Source: Octopus sinensis
Taxonomy: Eukaryota
Direction of reading: 5' to 3'
DNA length: 64,000 nt
Assembly: GCF_006345805.1 (NCBI RefSeq)
Contig: NC_042999.1
Coordinates: forward strand, 9,982,001 to 10,046,000
In this document: one piece after another, positions 1 through 14,537 of the stretch
Numbering within the stretch: the stretch's first letter is position 1
Layout of the letters: each line of letters opens with the position of its first letter
Program-made: the position numbers and the translations under genes
Notes under the pieces: generated by a model
What the model was told of the DNA's origin: nothing
Database searches by the model: none
Seen by the model: only the letters and a program-made list of their open reading frames with translations

Positions 1-1025
1 GATTATGTACAAGAAAAAGAAGGCATTTATGGAGTAGGTTAATTTACATAATTAAAACATAAATAAGCTGAAAGAAATGACTTGAATGTTTCCGACGTAA
101 AACACTTTATGTGAATGCATTTGCAGAGAGATTGCGGGCGAGAAACACAGAACAAATGGTTAATGTGTTAGCTACAAAGGTCAGCAATATGGCTGATATA
201 GATCTACCACCGGAAGATCATCTCGCACACTGGAATACAATGTAATGCAGTGAGTTGAAAAACCTTCTATTGACTGAGAGTAGTAAAGCATTTAGTAGAG
301 AAATAAGTTCGTTATGGAGGTGTTTATAAATTAAAAGGAGACAACGAAAGGAGATAAAATCAGTTGTTAGATAATAAAGATAATGACGTCAGAAGTGAAT
401 TGTATCTTTAAAACCAAGTTGTAACAGTAACGGGAGCGTTTACGCCTTATTAGACCTCCTTAGCGAAATATTCTACTCTGCTCTCAATACAAATGCCCAA
501 TCTTCTTTTCTTGCTCCTCCTACACCTCTTTCTTCTTCTCCTCTTCCTCCTCCTACTTCTCTTTCTTCTTCTCCTTTTCCTCCTTCTGGTCCTTCTGATG
601 TCGGGCACGATGACTAACGTATCCTTAATCCCGTTCAGAGCAGCATTTCTGGGATGCTGGTTAATCATTGATGGTCTTTACTCCTCAAGACTCGCAGATG
701 AACCAGAAAAGACATACGAACATGAGCGGCCTGTGTGTTGATTCTGCATCTATATTTTACAGCAACACTCTAATTTCAAAGCGAAAGTATGACAAAATGT
801 GGAGGGAATACAACTCGGATCTATAACTATCGCTGAATACCCGACAGGTTAGCTAACTTAAGAAAATGCATTCTCAAACACAAAATACCAGAAATGGAAA
901 ATTGAGATTCGAAGGCAAGAATTTATTACGAAAAACAAAGGTGACGAACTCAAACAATTAATAATTATAAAAACATCGATAATATAAACCACAAAGAACT
1001 AACCATCGTAAAAAAATATAGCAAA

Positions 1026-1406
1026 CTAGCAGTATCGCCCGGCGTTGCTTGGCTTTGTAAGGGAAATAACCATATATGCATTTTTAGAGAGTTATAGCCA
1101 AAAAGTATTTTAAAAAATGCATTAAAAACGGAAAACAAATGATGGTAAATTTTTTTTAAATCGTTGACTCATCGTATACATTTTTAGAGAGTTACTTCCC
1201 TTATATAATAGCGAAAAAATGCATTAAAATGGAAAAAAATTATGGTAAATTTTGTTTTAAATCGTAGACTCATCGTAGACGCGCGCTAATACCCAGAAGG
1301 GCTCGATATGAATCACGACTATAAGATACCCGCAAAATGTGGGAGTAGTTAGGAATCTAAATCGTAGGAGACAGACAGCACACAACCTCACTTTTATATA
1401 TAAAGA
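1026..1406 (-). mobile_element. Non-autonomous Helitron, copy 1
   Basis: Minus strand: A|TCTTTATATATAAAAG...GCAACGCCGGGCGATACTGCTAG|T, i.e. 5'-TC, 3'-CTAG, A/T insertion site and GC-rich subterminal hairpin; internal duplicated blocks. Confidence 0.8.
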
Positions 1407-1899
1407 TATCAAAACCCAACACATCGAAGCCTTTGAATATCTTCATAAAACTGACCGGCAAAAACTGACTCAGAAGAACACAGACAAGAATATAAATGAA
1501 ACAGAACGAGACGAAGATTGTGGAAATATTTTCAAAATGACTAAGAGTAGATATTGCTGTGGACCAAAGAAAGTGTCTCTGGGGGAGAGAGAAAAATCGA
1601 AGAAAAAATTGCAACAACAACAACAATGGGAGATTTAATCAAAACAAATACATCCATCAATATCACCAGTTTAAGTAAAATAATAGATGAAGTTGAATGG
1701 AAAGTGGGTTCTTCGACTGATGCACTAAAATAGAGATATTAAAGATGTTGTGAAGGGAAAGAAACAATTAATCTCCCTCTCTCTCTCTCTCTTCTCTTTC
1801 TCCCTTTCTTTCTATCTGGTTGTTCGGTCTTAGCCAAGAAAGACTACATCCATCGCCTCCTCGATAGCGTTGGGACTTACACTGGAAGTTATAGCTCTG

Positions 1900-2310
1900 T
1901 CATGAAACACCAAGAGAAGTGGGGCAAATATAGACATGGGGCAGTAGCGGCTTCTAAGAATGGCACAGCGACCATAGCTTGGGATATACCAATACACACA
2001 GACAAAGGTGAGAAGATTAATAGACCAGATATTGGTCTTAAGGACCACCATGAAAAGAAATGTCCGCTAAACGATAAATCAGTCCTAACAGATAATTTAG
2101 CTCAAAAGGAAATGGAGAAATTATCGAAATATACAGATCTGGAAATAGAGATAACCCGAATCTGGTGGCCAGAAACAGAAATAATCTCTACAATGGTAGA
2201 TGCTTTGGGAATGATTTAATAAATATACAGAGAAATGCGTAATTGAAAACCTCCAACCGACCCATAACATAGAGAAAATAGTCCTAGGATAGTATTAGCA
2301 GGCAGTGAGA
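1900..2310 (+). mobile_element. Degenerate 3' end of a restriction-like-endonuclease LINE (R4/Dong-like)
   Basis: ORF 1902-2219: IAWDIPIHTDK...NRPDI...KEMEKLSKYTDLEIEITRIW...VDALGMI contains RPD and KxxKY motifs of the REL domain. Confidence 0.75.
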
Positions 2311-3451
2311 GAAAAGGGCACGGCTAGACACGGGACCCCTTTTATGTCGGGTACTTTTAATTCGGTAAAGATAACAAAACAGAAGCGAAACACTGGACAC
2401 ACACTCGCACGCACACGCATATACACATATAGTCTCTCGCACACATACATACACATACATACACATATACAGACACATATGCATATATAGTACCCGCATA
2501 TACATACACTCAGAAAAACGTACACATATACGCTTACAAATGCACAAATCCACACACACGTTCATACATATATACACTTATAGTCTCCCTCACACACATA
2601 CACATATCGTGTCACACATACAGGGACAGGCTGAGACAGCCACAGCCACACACACACACACACACACACCACACACACACACACTTGCCGTACCTCACAA
2701 AAGATTTACCAAACAGTAAAGTTTCTCCATTATTTAAGTTGTCTAGAATGATCGATCTGCTGTTCCAGTATTTGATTACAAATGTTTAGAAGAAAGTGGG
2801 GTGGTCCTGTCTTGTGTCTTTAACCGTCACAAACGCCACCACCCGTCCATTCACCCGTCTAACCACCCGACCACTCAGCAACCACTCACCGTCCCATCCC
2901 TCAACAACATTCTTTTGCCGTTCCGCAATAAATGTTAAACACAAAGAACGAAACTATTAACTTTATCATGTTTAGAGATTCAACAACATTCACAACATCT
3001 CCACCGACCGTTCGCCTTCTTCTTTCGCCTTCTTTCGCCGTCGTTCGCCTTCTTTCGCCTTCTTTCGCTGTCGTCTTCATCATCATCATCATTATCACCA
3101 TGTTCATAGTCACGAGAGATAAGTCTCAGGATAAGGGTACTAGTTAATCCAGGTGTGGGGAAACCTCCGCGAGCCCATTTTATTGCGCCTACAGGCTGGT
3201 ATATTCGTGTGTACAAAATATAGAAAATTTTTCAATTACAAAATTTATATAATATTCGTATACCTCTTTGCAACTTTGGTCGCTTTTCCACTACGACTTA
3301 AAACGATTAGACTCGAACAGAAACTCGTCCGGTAATTGCCATTTGAATGGAAATTTTGTTTTCACTATAAAACACATATTGCTAGGTTTGTACCAACCCC
3401 TTGAGACCCAACTACACCCTAGCTGAAAAATGTAGAATACCTTAAAATCAA

Positions 3452-3847
3452 CTAGCAGTATCGCCCGGCGTTGCTCGGGTTTGTAAGGGAAATAACTATA
3501 TAAGCATTTTTAGAGTTGTAGCCAAAAAATAGCAAAAAAATGCATTAAAAATGGAAAAAAAATTATGGTAATTTTTTTTTTAAATCGTTGACTCATCGTA
3601 GACATTTTTAGAGAGTTACTTCCCTTATATAATAGCGAAAAAATGCATTAAAATGGAAAAAAATGATGGTAAATTTTTTTTTTAATCGTAGACTCATCGT
3701 AGACGCGCGCTAATACACAGAAGGGCTCGATATGAATCACGACTATAAGATACCCGGTTTTGGTTAAACTGCACCGAAAAATGTGGGAGTAGTTAGGAAT
3801 CTAAATCGTAGGAGACAGACACACAACCTCTCTTTTATATATAAAGA
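3452..3847 (-). mobile_element. Non-autonomous Helitron, copy 2
   Basis: Same family as 1026-1406 with the same termini; intact subterminal hairpin CCCGAGCAACGCCGGG. Confidence 0.82.
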
Positions 3848-3995
3848 TATAAACGTCCTAAATTCAGTGTTTATAGAGAAATAAGGGTTAGAACTTGTGG
3901 TCTGCGTGTGGATCTTTTTCTTTGTAAATTTTTTCCGCAGCACTAAAAAGTTTCTTCACACCTGAGTTAAACAGTCGCCATACCAAAGTAGCGGT

Positions 3996-4090
3996 GATGA
4001 TGATGACGATCATGATGATCATGATGATGACGATGATGACGATGATGACGACGACGAGGAAGAAGAAGCAGAGAAGGAGGAGTGGGGTGG

Positions 4091-4132
<42 letters not shown>

Positions 4133-4162
4133 CGACGACAACGACGATGATGATGATGATAA
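3996..4162. repeat. (GAT/GAC)n trinucleotide microsatellite
   Basis: Direct inspection. Confidence 0.9.
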
Positions 4163-4989
4163 TGGAGGTCTCAAAATGTGACATCTAAGAACGACAGCTG
4201 TACGTGTGATCTTCGGAGATTTGGAGACAATACCAAAAGACACCCTTAAATACCCTAGTCAAATACCAAGAAATCCAAAAATATCAGAACTACCAAAAAA
4301 CAAAAATGTTTGAACATTTAAAAGTTTTTCAAGATCGAAAACATGACAAAATTTTAACAGGATCTTAATTATCAGCATTTGGTCCCTTCCCCTATAATAT
4401 ACCATTGCTACTCATGAATAATACACAAGGCCAACTGTTTTGAGGGGAGGGGCATAGTGGACTACAGGGATCCAAGTGATCAACTGATACTTTATTTTAT
4501 CGCTTCCAAAAGGACAAAAAAGGCAAGGTTGGCCTCCGAAGTATTTAAGAACCGGGAAAAAACAACGCTAAACATTTTGGTCGCTGCGCCAACGATTCTG
4601 CCGCCTCAATAACAACAATAATAATAATGGTTTCAAATTTTGCCACAAGGGCGGCAATTTTAGGGTAGGGGTTGAGTCGATTACATCGACCCCAGTATGC
4701 AACTGGTACTTATTTTATCGACCCCGAAAGGATAAAAGGTAAAGTCGACCTCGGCAGAATTTGAACTCAGGGCGTGAAGACCTCACCGCCTTCGTAACAA
4801 TTAATGTTACCAACATCCCACCGCCATCTCTATGGCTACTACAACAGTAGCTTGAACAATAAAAGGCACCACTACTCCGTTGCCACAGCTACCATCACTT
4901 GTACCACCGCCACCACACCACCACCGCCACCACTATATGCTCTACCGTAATTGCAATACCAACAACAGCACTTTTACACTCACAATACC

Positions 4990-4999
4990 ATCACCACCG

Positions 5000-5035
<36 letters not shown>

Positions 5036-5547
5036 TTACTACTACCACCGCTACTACTACCACCGCTACTACTACCACAACTACTATTACTGCTGCTGCT
5101 GCTACCACCGCTACTACTACAGATAATACTACTACTGCTGCACCGATACTACTACTACTACTACAACTAATACTACTATTACTACTACTACTACCGCAAC
5201 TACTACTACTACTACTCCTACTGCTGTTGCTACTACTACTACAACTACTACTACTACTGCTACTACCACCGCTACTAGTACTACTGCTGCTGCTACTACC
5301 GCCGCTACTACTGCTACTATCATTACCTTCACCGCTGCAACCGCAACGACTATATTGCCATCATTACCACAACCAACACCAATACTACGTCCGTCACTGC
5401 TACGTTTGCCACCACATACACCATCACTTGTACTACTACTTCAACTACCGCCACCAACACCATTTACTGCAGCCAAAGAGCATTCCAACACTACCACCTA
5501 TACCATCACCTTCATCAACACCACTACCATCCCTACTACTACCGCTG

Positions 5548-5587
<40 letters not shown>

Positions 5588-5910
5588 ACTACTACTGCTG
5601 CTGCTGCTACTACCGCTGCTACTACTAATAATACAACTACGACTACTACTACTACTACTACTACAACTACTGCTGCTGCTACTACCTCTGCTACTACTAC
5701 TGCTGCTACTACCGCTGCTACTACTACTAATACAACTACGACTACTACTACTGCTACTACCACCGCTACTACTACTACTACTACCGTTACTACTGCTACC
5801 ACTACCGCCATCCACATCACCACTGACATCGTCTCCACCACAACCACCCTCATCACCACCACCACCACCAGCAGCAGCAGCACTACCATCAGCATCAGCA
5901 TCAGCATCGC
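4990..5910. repeat. Long compound (CTA/CTG/CCA)n trinucleotide repeat
   Basis: About 900 bp of ctactacta/ctgctg/ccacca; produces the spurious poly-T/L/Y/S/V ORFs. Confidence 0.95.
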
Positions 5911-6081
5911 CGCCAGTGGTGTACCCCTGTCCTGACCGGTGACGATCGCTGACCACAAAAGCAGCAGAGACTGACTCCACAACAAGAGTATCGCTTACAG
6001 CAATTAAAAGAGCGCGCGAGAGAGAGGGAGGGAGGCGGCGGCGGAGGGGGTTAGGAGCACTCTTGGAAGATCGTGCTTGGA

Positions 6082-6550
6082 GACGACGACGATGACGACG
6101 ACGACGACGACGACGACGAAGATGATGATGATGACGATACTGACGATGATGATGATGATGATGACGATGATGACGATGATGATGATGCTCCTGAAAATGT
6201 AAGGTTGTGTACATGCTTACATATGTACATACATCGATGCATGCATACGTACGTACGTACATACATACATACATACATACATACATACATACATACACAC
6301 ACGCATACATACATACAAACATACATACATACATACATAAATACATACATACATACGTACATACATACACACATACATACATACATACCTACATACATAC
6401 ATACATACATACATACATACCTACATACATACGTACATACATACATACATACATACATACCTACCTACATACATACAAACATACATACATACATACCTAC
6501 ATACATACAAACATACATACATACATACATTCATACATACATACATACAT
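6082..6550. repeat. (GAC/GAT)n followed by (TACA)n microsatellites
   Basis: Direct inspection. Confidence 0.95.
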
Positions 6551-7706
6551 GTTCCTTCCTTCTTTTCCCTCTTTATTAGAATTCCTGTATGAAGGAAGGA
6601 ACTGGTTTCCAACAAAGAAACAAATCCTTGAGTGTCTCCCTCTGGAAAAGTCTTGCATATTTTTATTGAATCTGTAAAATTCGTGTGAAGAACCGGTGTC
6701 TTAGCTTGGAAATCTGCAGGACAGATGGCCTCCTCGACCACTGGACATAATTATTCTTCTCTCTCCCTAAATAACTTATATTAGACTTGTTACACTTGGC
6801 AAAAGCTTTGATGGAAATGAATGTTTGTCGCCACTTGGACATGGCTGTTCCGTAGGAACCGACGTTACGACCATTTTAACCCAAGGTAGACGCCTCCTCC
6901 AGCTGGCTCTTCGATGCATCGAATAACCAGCTGGGTTCCTACAGAACAGCCATGTTGAACTGGTGACAAGCATTACTTCTCTGTAGAGTTACTGCTTTCA
7001 TCTCTTACAGTGATTTTCAATTTGCTTGTTGGATGAAAATGTTCCGTCAAAATTCCTTCTGTTGCTATGTATGAATATATTCTATAACGGAGGTAGTTTA
7101 TATTTATCTCAGGGAAATCTTTTCTGCGGGTGGCATCATATATCATTTCGGCAATAACACCATCATATATTAATGGAAGATAGTACTTGGCTAAAAGTTT
7201 TGGTCAGCTGCCGATTACAGGTGCTATACCATCCACAACAGTATGGTACACTCGACATTTACGGGTGCATCTTTGAAGTTTAAGGGTTTCTTTGTTCCGT
7301 TTGTTCATAAGGTACATCATTGCAATTGTCTACTCTTGGCCTGCACAAAGCTCAACCTACGAGATGTGGCGTGATGTAACGGTCACGAGTGCAAGAGAGG
7401 CTACACTTCATGTTAATATTATCATCCTTCCTTGGCTTACAGGAAACATAGCCATGCATCATTTTTTTTTTTTTTTTTGCTGCGGTGTGCTACTTCTGCA
7501 CTTCTGGGTTTACATTAGAGGTCATCTGGGGGTGAAGGATGTTATTTACTTCGTTTTTGAATACTTGCTTGGTGTATTTATTTCTGTTGCTGTTGTCCAG
7601 CAGATGCTGCTTGAGTGTTATCCCACAGCACTCAAAGAATGTCTGCACTGACTTTAAACCTTCCACTCTCTCTCTTCTTTTGCCGCAGAGTCTACCAATA
7701 TCACTG

Positions 7707-8085
7707 GAGGCGCAATGGCCCATTGGCTAGGGCTGCGGACTCGCGGTCGTAGGATCGCAGTTTTGATTCCCAGACCGGGCGTTGTGAGTTTTTATTGAGC
7801 GAAAACACCTAAAGCTCCACGAGGCTCCGGCAGGGGGTGGTGGTGAACCTTCTTGTACTCTTTCACCACAACTTTCTCTAATTCTTTCTTCCTGTTTCTG
7901 TTGTACCTGTATTTCAAAGGGGCCAGCCTTGTCATACTCTGTATCACGTTGTATCTCCCCAAGAACTATGTTAAGAGTACAGGTGTCTGTGGAGTACTCA
8001 GCCACTTGCACGTTAATTTCACGAGCAGGCTGTTTCCGTTGATCGGATCAACTGGAGCCCTCGTAGTCGCAACCGACGGAGTACC
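7707..8085 (+). mobile_element. tRNA-derived SINE (family C) with 13-bp target-site duplication
   Basis: Head GAGGCGCAATGGCCCATTGGCTAGGG (A box) ...GTTTTGATTCC (decayed B box); flanked by ACCAATATCACTG at 7694-7706 and 8086-8098. Confidence 0.8.
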
Positions 8086-8408
8086 ACCAATATCACTGTC
8101 TTTGTGGGAGTCTGCAATTGATTCTAGAATCTGGCGGGTTTTAATGTCCATGGAGTGGATATTATTATGCCACACGCACACACACACACACACACATTAC
8201 ATTATATTATATTATATATTTATGTAAATAGATACATAGATACATACATACAAACATACATACATACGTATGTACGTACATACATACATACATACATACA
8301 TACATACATACATACATGCATGCATGCATGCATACATACTCAGACACACACGCACACACACACACACACACGCACACACACACACACACACGCACACACA
8401 CACGCACG

Positions 8409-8461
<53 letters not shown>

Positions 8462-8790
8462 CGTCCTAGCGCTTTCGTAGAAGCCACCAGTTCAGTGTGT
8501 GGCCTTGGTGAGACTGAAGGCAAGACTTGGTGGTTTGCGAATCGAACTTCTTAACCACAGAGCCAAGCCGTGAGATGTTCAGCTTGTTTGCTCTTTGGCG
8601 TGGGGAATGTCCAAAGCCCTTTCATATTGCTCTTTGAATGGATATCTCTCAAAAGGTTTCTGTATGAACCATTCCAATGCTGACTTTGTCCGCTGGTTTC
8701 TTAAAGGTTAATGTCTCAGATTCTGTTTTATTTGCTAAAAACGCTCTCAGCTTTCCCTTGATCGTCTATATTTATGCGAGAAACTTCAAT

Positions 8791-9205
8791 ACTCTTTTAC
8801 TTGTTTCAGTCATTTGACTGTGGCCATGCTGGAGCACCGCCTTTAGTCGATCAAATTGACCCCGGGACTTATTCTTTGTAAGCCCAGTACTTATTCTATC
8901 GGTCTCTTTTGCCGAACCGCTAAGTGACGGGGACGTAAACACACCAGCATCGGTTGTCAAGCAATGCTAGGGGGACAAACACAGACACACAAACATATAC
9001 ACATACACACACACATATATATATATATATATACATATATACGACAGGCTTCTTTCAGTTTCCGTCTACCAAATCCACTCACAAGGCATTGGTCTGCCAG
9101 GGGCTTTAGCAGAAGACACTTGCCCAAGATGCCACGCAGTGGGACTTGAACCCGGAACCATGTGGTTGGTTAGCAAGCTACTTACCACACAGCCACTCCT
9201 GCGCC
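8791..9205 (-). mobile_element. tRNA-derived SINE family A (octopus OK/OR-like), full length
   Basis: Minus-strand head GGCGCAGGAGTGGCTGTGTGGTAAG...GGTTCAAGTCCC, CORE-like CTTGGGCAAGTG, internal (TA/TG)n, tail AAGTAAAAGAGT. Confidence 0.9.
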
Positions 9206-10154
9206 TATTTATTTATAATTTTTAATTTTATTTTAGCGAAGACTCGTGTTGAACAATAAACGTCCAATAGACCTATAAGTCTGGAAGTTTTTAAGATTGT
9301 GGGTGAAGAAAAAAACCCATGAGGTCTTTAAAAGTTTCAAACGGTTGCATGGAGTTGTGTCAGTGGCCCAGTCTCAGCTTTTACGATTAAAGTCTTCACA
9401 CCTCACAAAACAACAATAATAATAATCATTTCTAATATAGTCACAAAGCCTGAAATTTGGAAGAAAAGTGAGCCGAAGATGCCACGTGGTGGGACTGAAC
9501 TCAGAACCATGTGGTTGAGAGGCAAACTTCTTACCACACAACCATGCCTGCGCCAAAAAAAAAATTTTCGAAATGGAGGAAATCGAACCCGGGACCTTTC
9601 ACAAGTGGGAAAAAGTATGAAATTATTTTTAATGTCTTAACAGAAGCGTGTGAGCGAGCAGCTTTCTCTATTTCTGAAAAGATAACATTTTATTTTTTCT
9701 CTTGGCCAAGTAAGTCCTTTCTGTTTCTCACGGTTTTTAAACCCTGTTTTAGTCTCAGTTTCTTAGAACCGACGTTTATGGTTTGTCTCTTTAGTCAAGT
9801 GTGAGATCTTTCTCAGCATTTTATATTACAAGTTCAATGATATTTAGGCTTTGAGAAAGACGAATGTCTGACTTCTCCAGCCTGCACACGTCGCTACTTT
9901 CTGTGTTGATGGCCTCGCATTGTTGTTAATGCACATGTTTCACTCGGAGAAATATGGAGAGGTCGTGGGTGGCGTGAATTGCTACTTAAATTTCCATATT
10001 ATTTATAAGTGAACTTCGAGGATTCACATATTTCAATGACCCTTCCTATTTTAAGGTCGCCCAAGAAGATTATATTAGTGCAAGTGTAGGGGGTCTGAGA
10101 ATAAACCAGTTATGAAAGTGCGGTGGATGTCAACAAGACCTCCTCACCATCTTG

Positions 10155-10187
10155 TCTTCTCTCTCCTTCTCTCTCTCTCTCTCTGCA

Positions 10188-10236
<49 letters not shown>

Positions 10237-10515
10237 GCATCTTTCTCTCTGCCTCTCTGTCTCTCTCTGTATCTCTCTCTCTGCTTCTCTGCCTGTCTGT
10301 CTGTCTCTCTCTCTCTGTCTCTCTCTCTCTTTCTGTATCTCTCTCTCGCTGCATCTATCTCTCTCCCTCTGTATCTCTCTCCCTACCTCCCCCTCTCTCT
10401 CCCTCTTCATCTTTCTCCCTACCTCCCCCTCTCTCTCCCTCTGCATCTCTCTCCCTACCTCCCCCTCTCTCTCCCTCTGCATCTCTTCCTTCCTCTCCCC
10501 TCTCTCTCTCCTTCT
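10155..10515. repeat. (CT)n compound microsatellite
   Basis: Direct inspection. Confidence 0.95.
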
Positions 10516-12454
10516 CACATATGAACAACCTTCATATCGATTATTAGGTCTCAGCTTGTTTCAAACACTGAACATGTCCAACTCGAGGCTTTACAATAAA
10601 TCTATTCTCCTACGACGAAACGCAATGGCGATTAGCGTATTCACATTCAAATCTGCCGGAATGTATTATGAATAAATATTCCTGTCATCGTTTTGATTTT
10701 TGCTGCCCACCATGCAAACAGTTTGTTTGTTGACTCTTATAAATAAGAGCTTTGAACTCTAGTTAGTCCACGCTGATGAGGTACAACAATGTCAAGACAC
10801 CGGGTGTGCCAGAGTCCCTTGTGGTAATGAATCACGTTTTTTACAAACACGCATTCGTTGTAAAGCAGAGGTTATTCTCCGGTAACGAAACGCAACAGAG
10901 ATTAGCAAATTCACGTTCAACTCCGTCGAAACCTACCAAAAATAAATACTTAAGTGATCGTTTTGGTTTTTGCTGTCACCGTGCATTTTGCGATTTCTTA
11001 AATGCAATCCAATTGTCGAAATTATAGAGATCAAGCCATAATGTGCTTCAATGTCAATTAGATTAACAATGGCCTCCATAATTTGTGCCCTTGACATAAT
11101 CTTCAGCCAATTGTTGCAGTTATCACATCTGCTTAATATGCAGGCGGTCGTCGGTTCGAAATCCACAGGAACATCCGAGATTATTTACAAGTGTAAACAA
11201 TACTTTCATGAGTAAACAAAGGAATATCTTTGTGGTTGCTAGACTTGCTAAAAATAGCAGTCATATTTTGTGTTAAGATTATATGTTATTTTGTAAGATA
11301 CTGCAGTTCTACACTTGAGAGAATCGATGAAGTGGTCACAACTGGAACGTCTTTGATCATGTCTTTTCATTCAGGAGAGATCAGTAACTAAACAAAAATA
11401 CCATCTTCAGAGAGTAACAACGATGGTCCCTCCAGTTTCAGGTTCAATTCCTCGATGTATAATTTTGATATATACTGAAAGTATTCAGAAATATTCTTCT
11501 TAGTATTCTTTAGATTAACCCTAAACTTTACCTGCATTTATATATATAACAGCATTGTTTTATAGTATTATATGTAGTATTATATGATAAGACTTCCCCT
11601 GTCCCATTAGCATTGGTCTGCTTAATAGCAGCCAACATCTTGTTTGAAGTATCTTCTTACTAAACCAAATGGCTTTGCTTCAAATAAATCTTGATTTATG
11701 ACTATGCCACTTAAATTGTCTATCTACTTTACCCCAAACTGATACTACCCTCTGTCTCCTCTCAGATTTGATAAACTAGCCTATAAAATTAAAACTGAAC
11801 CCCTCCGTAATTAAATCTATATAACAGAAATAATCAAGGAAAAGCAGGGTCTTTTTTTGAAAAAATTTTGAAACATTTCAGTTACAACTGTCATATTGTT
11901 GGTAAGACATGTTCTTTCTCTATCTCCTTATCGTTTTGGAGATTTAGGATAAAATTATTCTGTGTCCTTCAGATTTAATTAAATTCTATGCTTTTTGTGC
12001 AGCTGAAAATTGCTATACATTTTAAATTGATGTAATGATTGCATTGTTCAGTTGAATGGAGTCGCATGAAACGATCGTACTGTATTACCTCTGGATATCC
12101 TTGTTGCTTATTTTGATTATAATCATCTTATTTTAAATTGTATGGGTAATACCATACTAAATTCTGGTGCCTACCATATTCATCTGAATCTAAATTTTAC
12201 TAAATATATATATATATTGTAAGCAGATGTGAATCGTTGGCGATAGTTTTTTCCTCCGTCTTCCTTTTCTATAAGACTTACCTCTGTTTCTAAAGAAGAA
12301 CTTTGCTCGCAACATTGAACACCTTTCTTTCCTTCCCTGAACGTCTGCTAATATTTCACATGTACCATGTCCTCGCGTTGTTTTTTTTTTTTGTGTGTGT
12401 TTTTTCTTCGTTTTTTTTTGGGGGGGGGGGGATTTATATATATATATATATGTA

Positions 12455-12534
<80 letters not shown>

Positions 12535-13039
12535 TAAATAAAACATATGCATATATATATACATATATGTACGTACCTACCTCTACATGTATATATACAC
12601 GCATATAAGGGTACAGGACACCAAAAAAACGCCGAACACAATGAGGAACGAAAACATAAACACAAAAACAAGGAACTGGAAATTTTTCTTAAACAACAAA
12701 AAAATAGAGTACAGGACAAATAACACAAGGAAAAAACCCCTTCTTCAGTCGCCAGGGTTTCATCTACTCTGCGTTTCGAAGGTGAAGGCGATACGCATCT
12801 TCGATAGAAACTTTTCTTCCTGCGAAAAGCAAATCAAATAAAATTTGAGATCTTTTTGCAGAGGGGTAAAAATGGTAACAAAACCAGGACAGTAACGACA
12901 GTACAAACTATAAACAGTAAAAGACAGGACACGGAGAATAACAGTAACACAAACAAGAAGGGCTGTTAACGCCGAACGAAAAAAAAGTATTACGAACGCT
13001 ATTTTTGAGGACAGCGAAGGAGCAAAGAAAATGCCGTCC

Positions 13040-13450
13040 ATGTATGTATGTATGTATGTATGTATGTATGTATGTATGTATATATGTATGTATGTATGTA
13101 TGTGTGAATGTATGCATATATGTGTGTATGTATGTATGTATGTATGTGTGTCTGTATGTATGTATGTATGTATGTATGTATGTATGTGTGTGTGTATGTG
13201 TATGTATGTATGTATGTATGTATGTATGTATGTATGTATGTATGTGTGAATGTATGCATGTATGTGTGTGTGTATGTATGTATGTATGTATGTATGTATG
13301 TATGTATGTATGTATGTATGTATGTAGGTATGTATGTATGTATGTATGTATGTATGTGTGTATGTATGTGTGTATGTATGTATGTATGTATATATGTATG
13401 TTTGTATGTATGTATGTATGTATGTATGTATGTATGTATGTATGTATGTA
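13040..13450. repeat. (TATG)n microsatellite
   Basis: Direct inspection. Confidence 0.95.
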
Positions 13451-14537
13451 TATACACATATGTCTGTTTATCTATGTAGATGTTTGTGTATGTGCAATGT
13501 ACGCAAGTATATATACCACTCACGCACATATATATGTGTATACGAGTATGCATGTATGCACATATACATTTATGTACATTCTTTTATTCTTTTACTGGTT
13601 TCAATCATTTGACTCTGGCCATGCTGGAGCACCGCCTTTAGTCGAGTAAATCGACCCCATGACTTATTCTTTGTTAGCCTACTACTTATTCTATCGGTCT
13701 CTTTTGCCTTTCATCCTTTCAGGGTCGATAAATTAAGTACCAGTGAAACACTGGGGTCGATGTAATCAACCAGTCCCCTTCCCCCAAACATTTCAGGCCT
13801 TGTGCCTTTAATGGAAAGTATTGTTTTCTATTATATTTCAACGACTGGCAGTATGTCAGCCGAGTTTACTGTGGTCACTCTCCTCCTCATCCTCATCCTC
13901 CTCATCATCCTCATCCTCCTCATCATCCTCATCATCCTCATCCTCATCCTCCTCATCCTCCTCCTCTTTAACCCACTGCTACCACCACCACTATCAACAA
14001 CAACAACGTTGACAGTTACTATAACACTAAAACATACCATAATCAGCCGTAGCTCAACACATACACACACACACGCACACACACATAAACACACACACAC
14101 ACACACACATAAACACACACACACACACACACACACATGCACGTACGCGCACACGCACGCAAGTACGCACGCACGCACGCACCACTACCACTGACACTAT
14201 CTCCACCACTTACATCCCACCTTTAACCAGAACCAGTAAGCAATCTCTGAATAGTCAATCCAGCTGCTAGAAATAGCAGCCCAACCTCCTTCAAATCCCC
14301 CAGCCCAACCCCTTTGGACATTGGTCATGATGGTCATGGTTAGAGTGCCTATGATGATAGACTCACAAAATCAACAATGACTTGGGACTAACCAACAACA
14401 ATCAGCGAACCAATGCGGTGGGGGGGGGGGAGTTGATGTCTCTAAGTGGTCACATAAAATGCTAGGAATAACAGCCCAGTCTCTTAAATGACGATCAACC
14501 GACTTTAAAAACGTATCGCTTCTTAGATTAGGATAAT

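Noticed and set aside
4880-6677. Long ORFs (up to 294 aa) on both strands
   Set aside because: They are translations of (CTA)n, (GAT)n and (TACA)n microsatellites with no domain content.
6560-8170. Coding-like sequence on the minus strand
   Set aside because: Interrupted by stops and a SINE, with no recognisable motif; probably an old retroelement relic that I cannot classify.
8791-9205. tRNA genes at SINE heads
   Set aside because: A/B boxes belong to multi-copy SINE bodies; acceptor stems are absent.
11120-11170. tRNA-like GGTTCGAAATCC B-box
   Set aside because: No A box or cloverleaf could be built.
12908-13649. YIHT/MYVC-repeat ORFs (also at 8.2, 16, 23.5 and 61-62 kb)
   Set aside because: Stop-free reading of tetra- and dinucleotide repeats.
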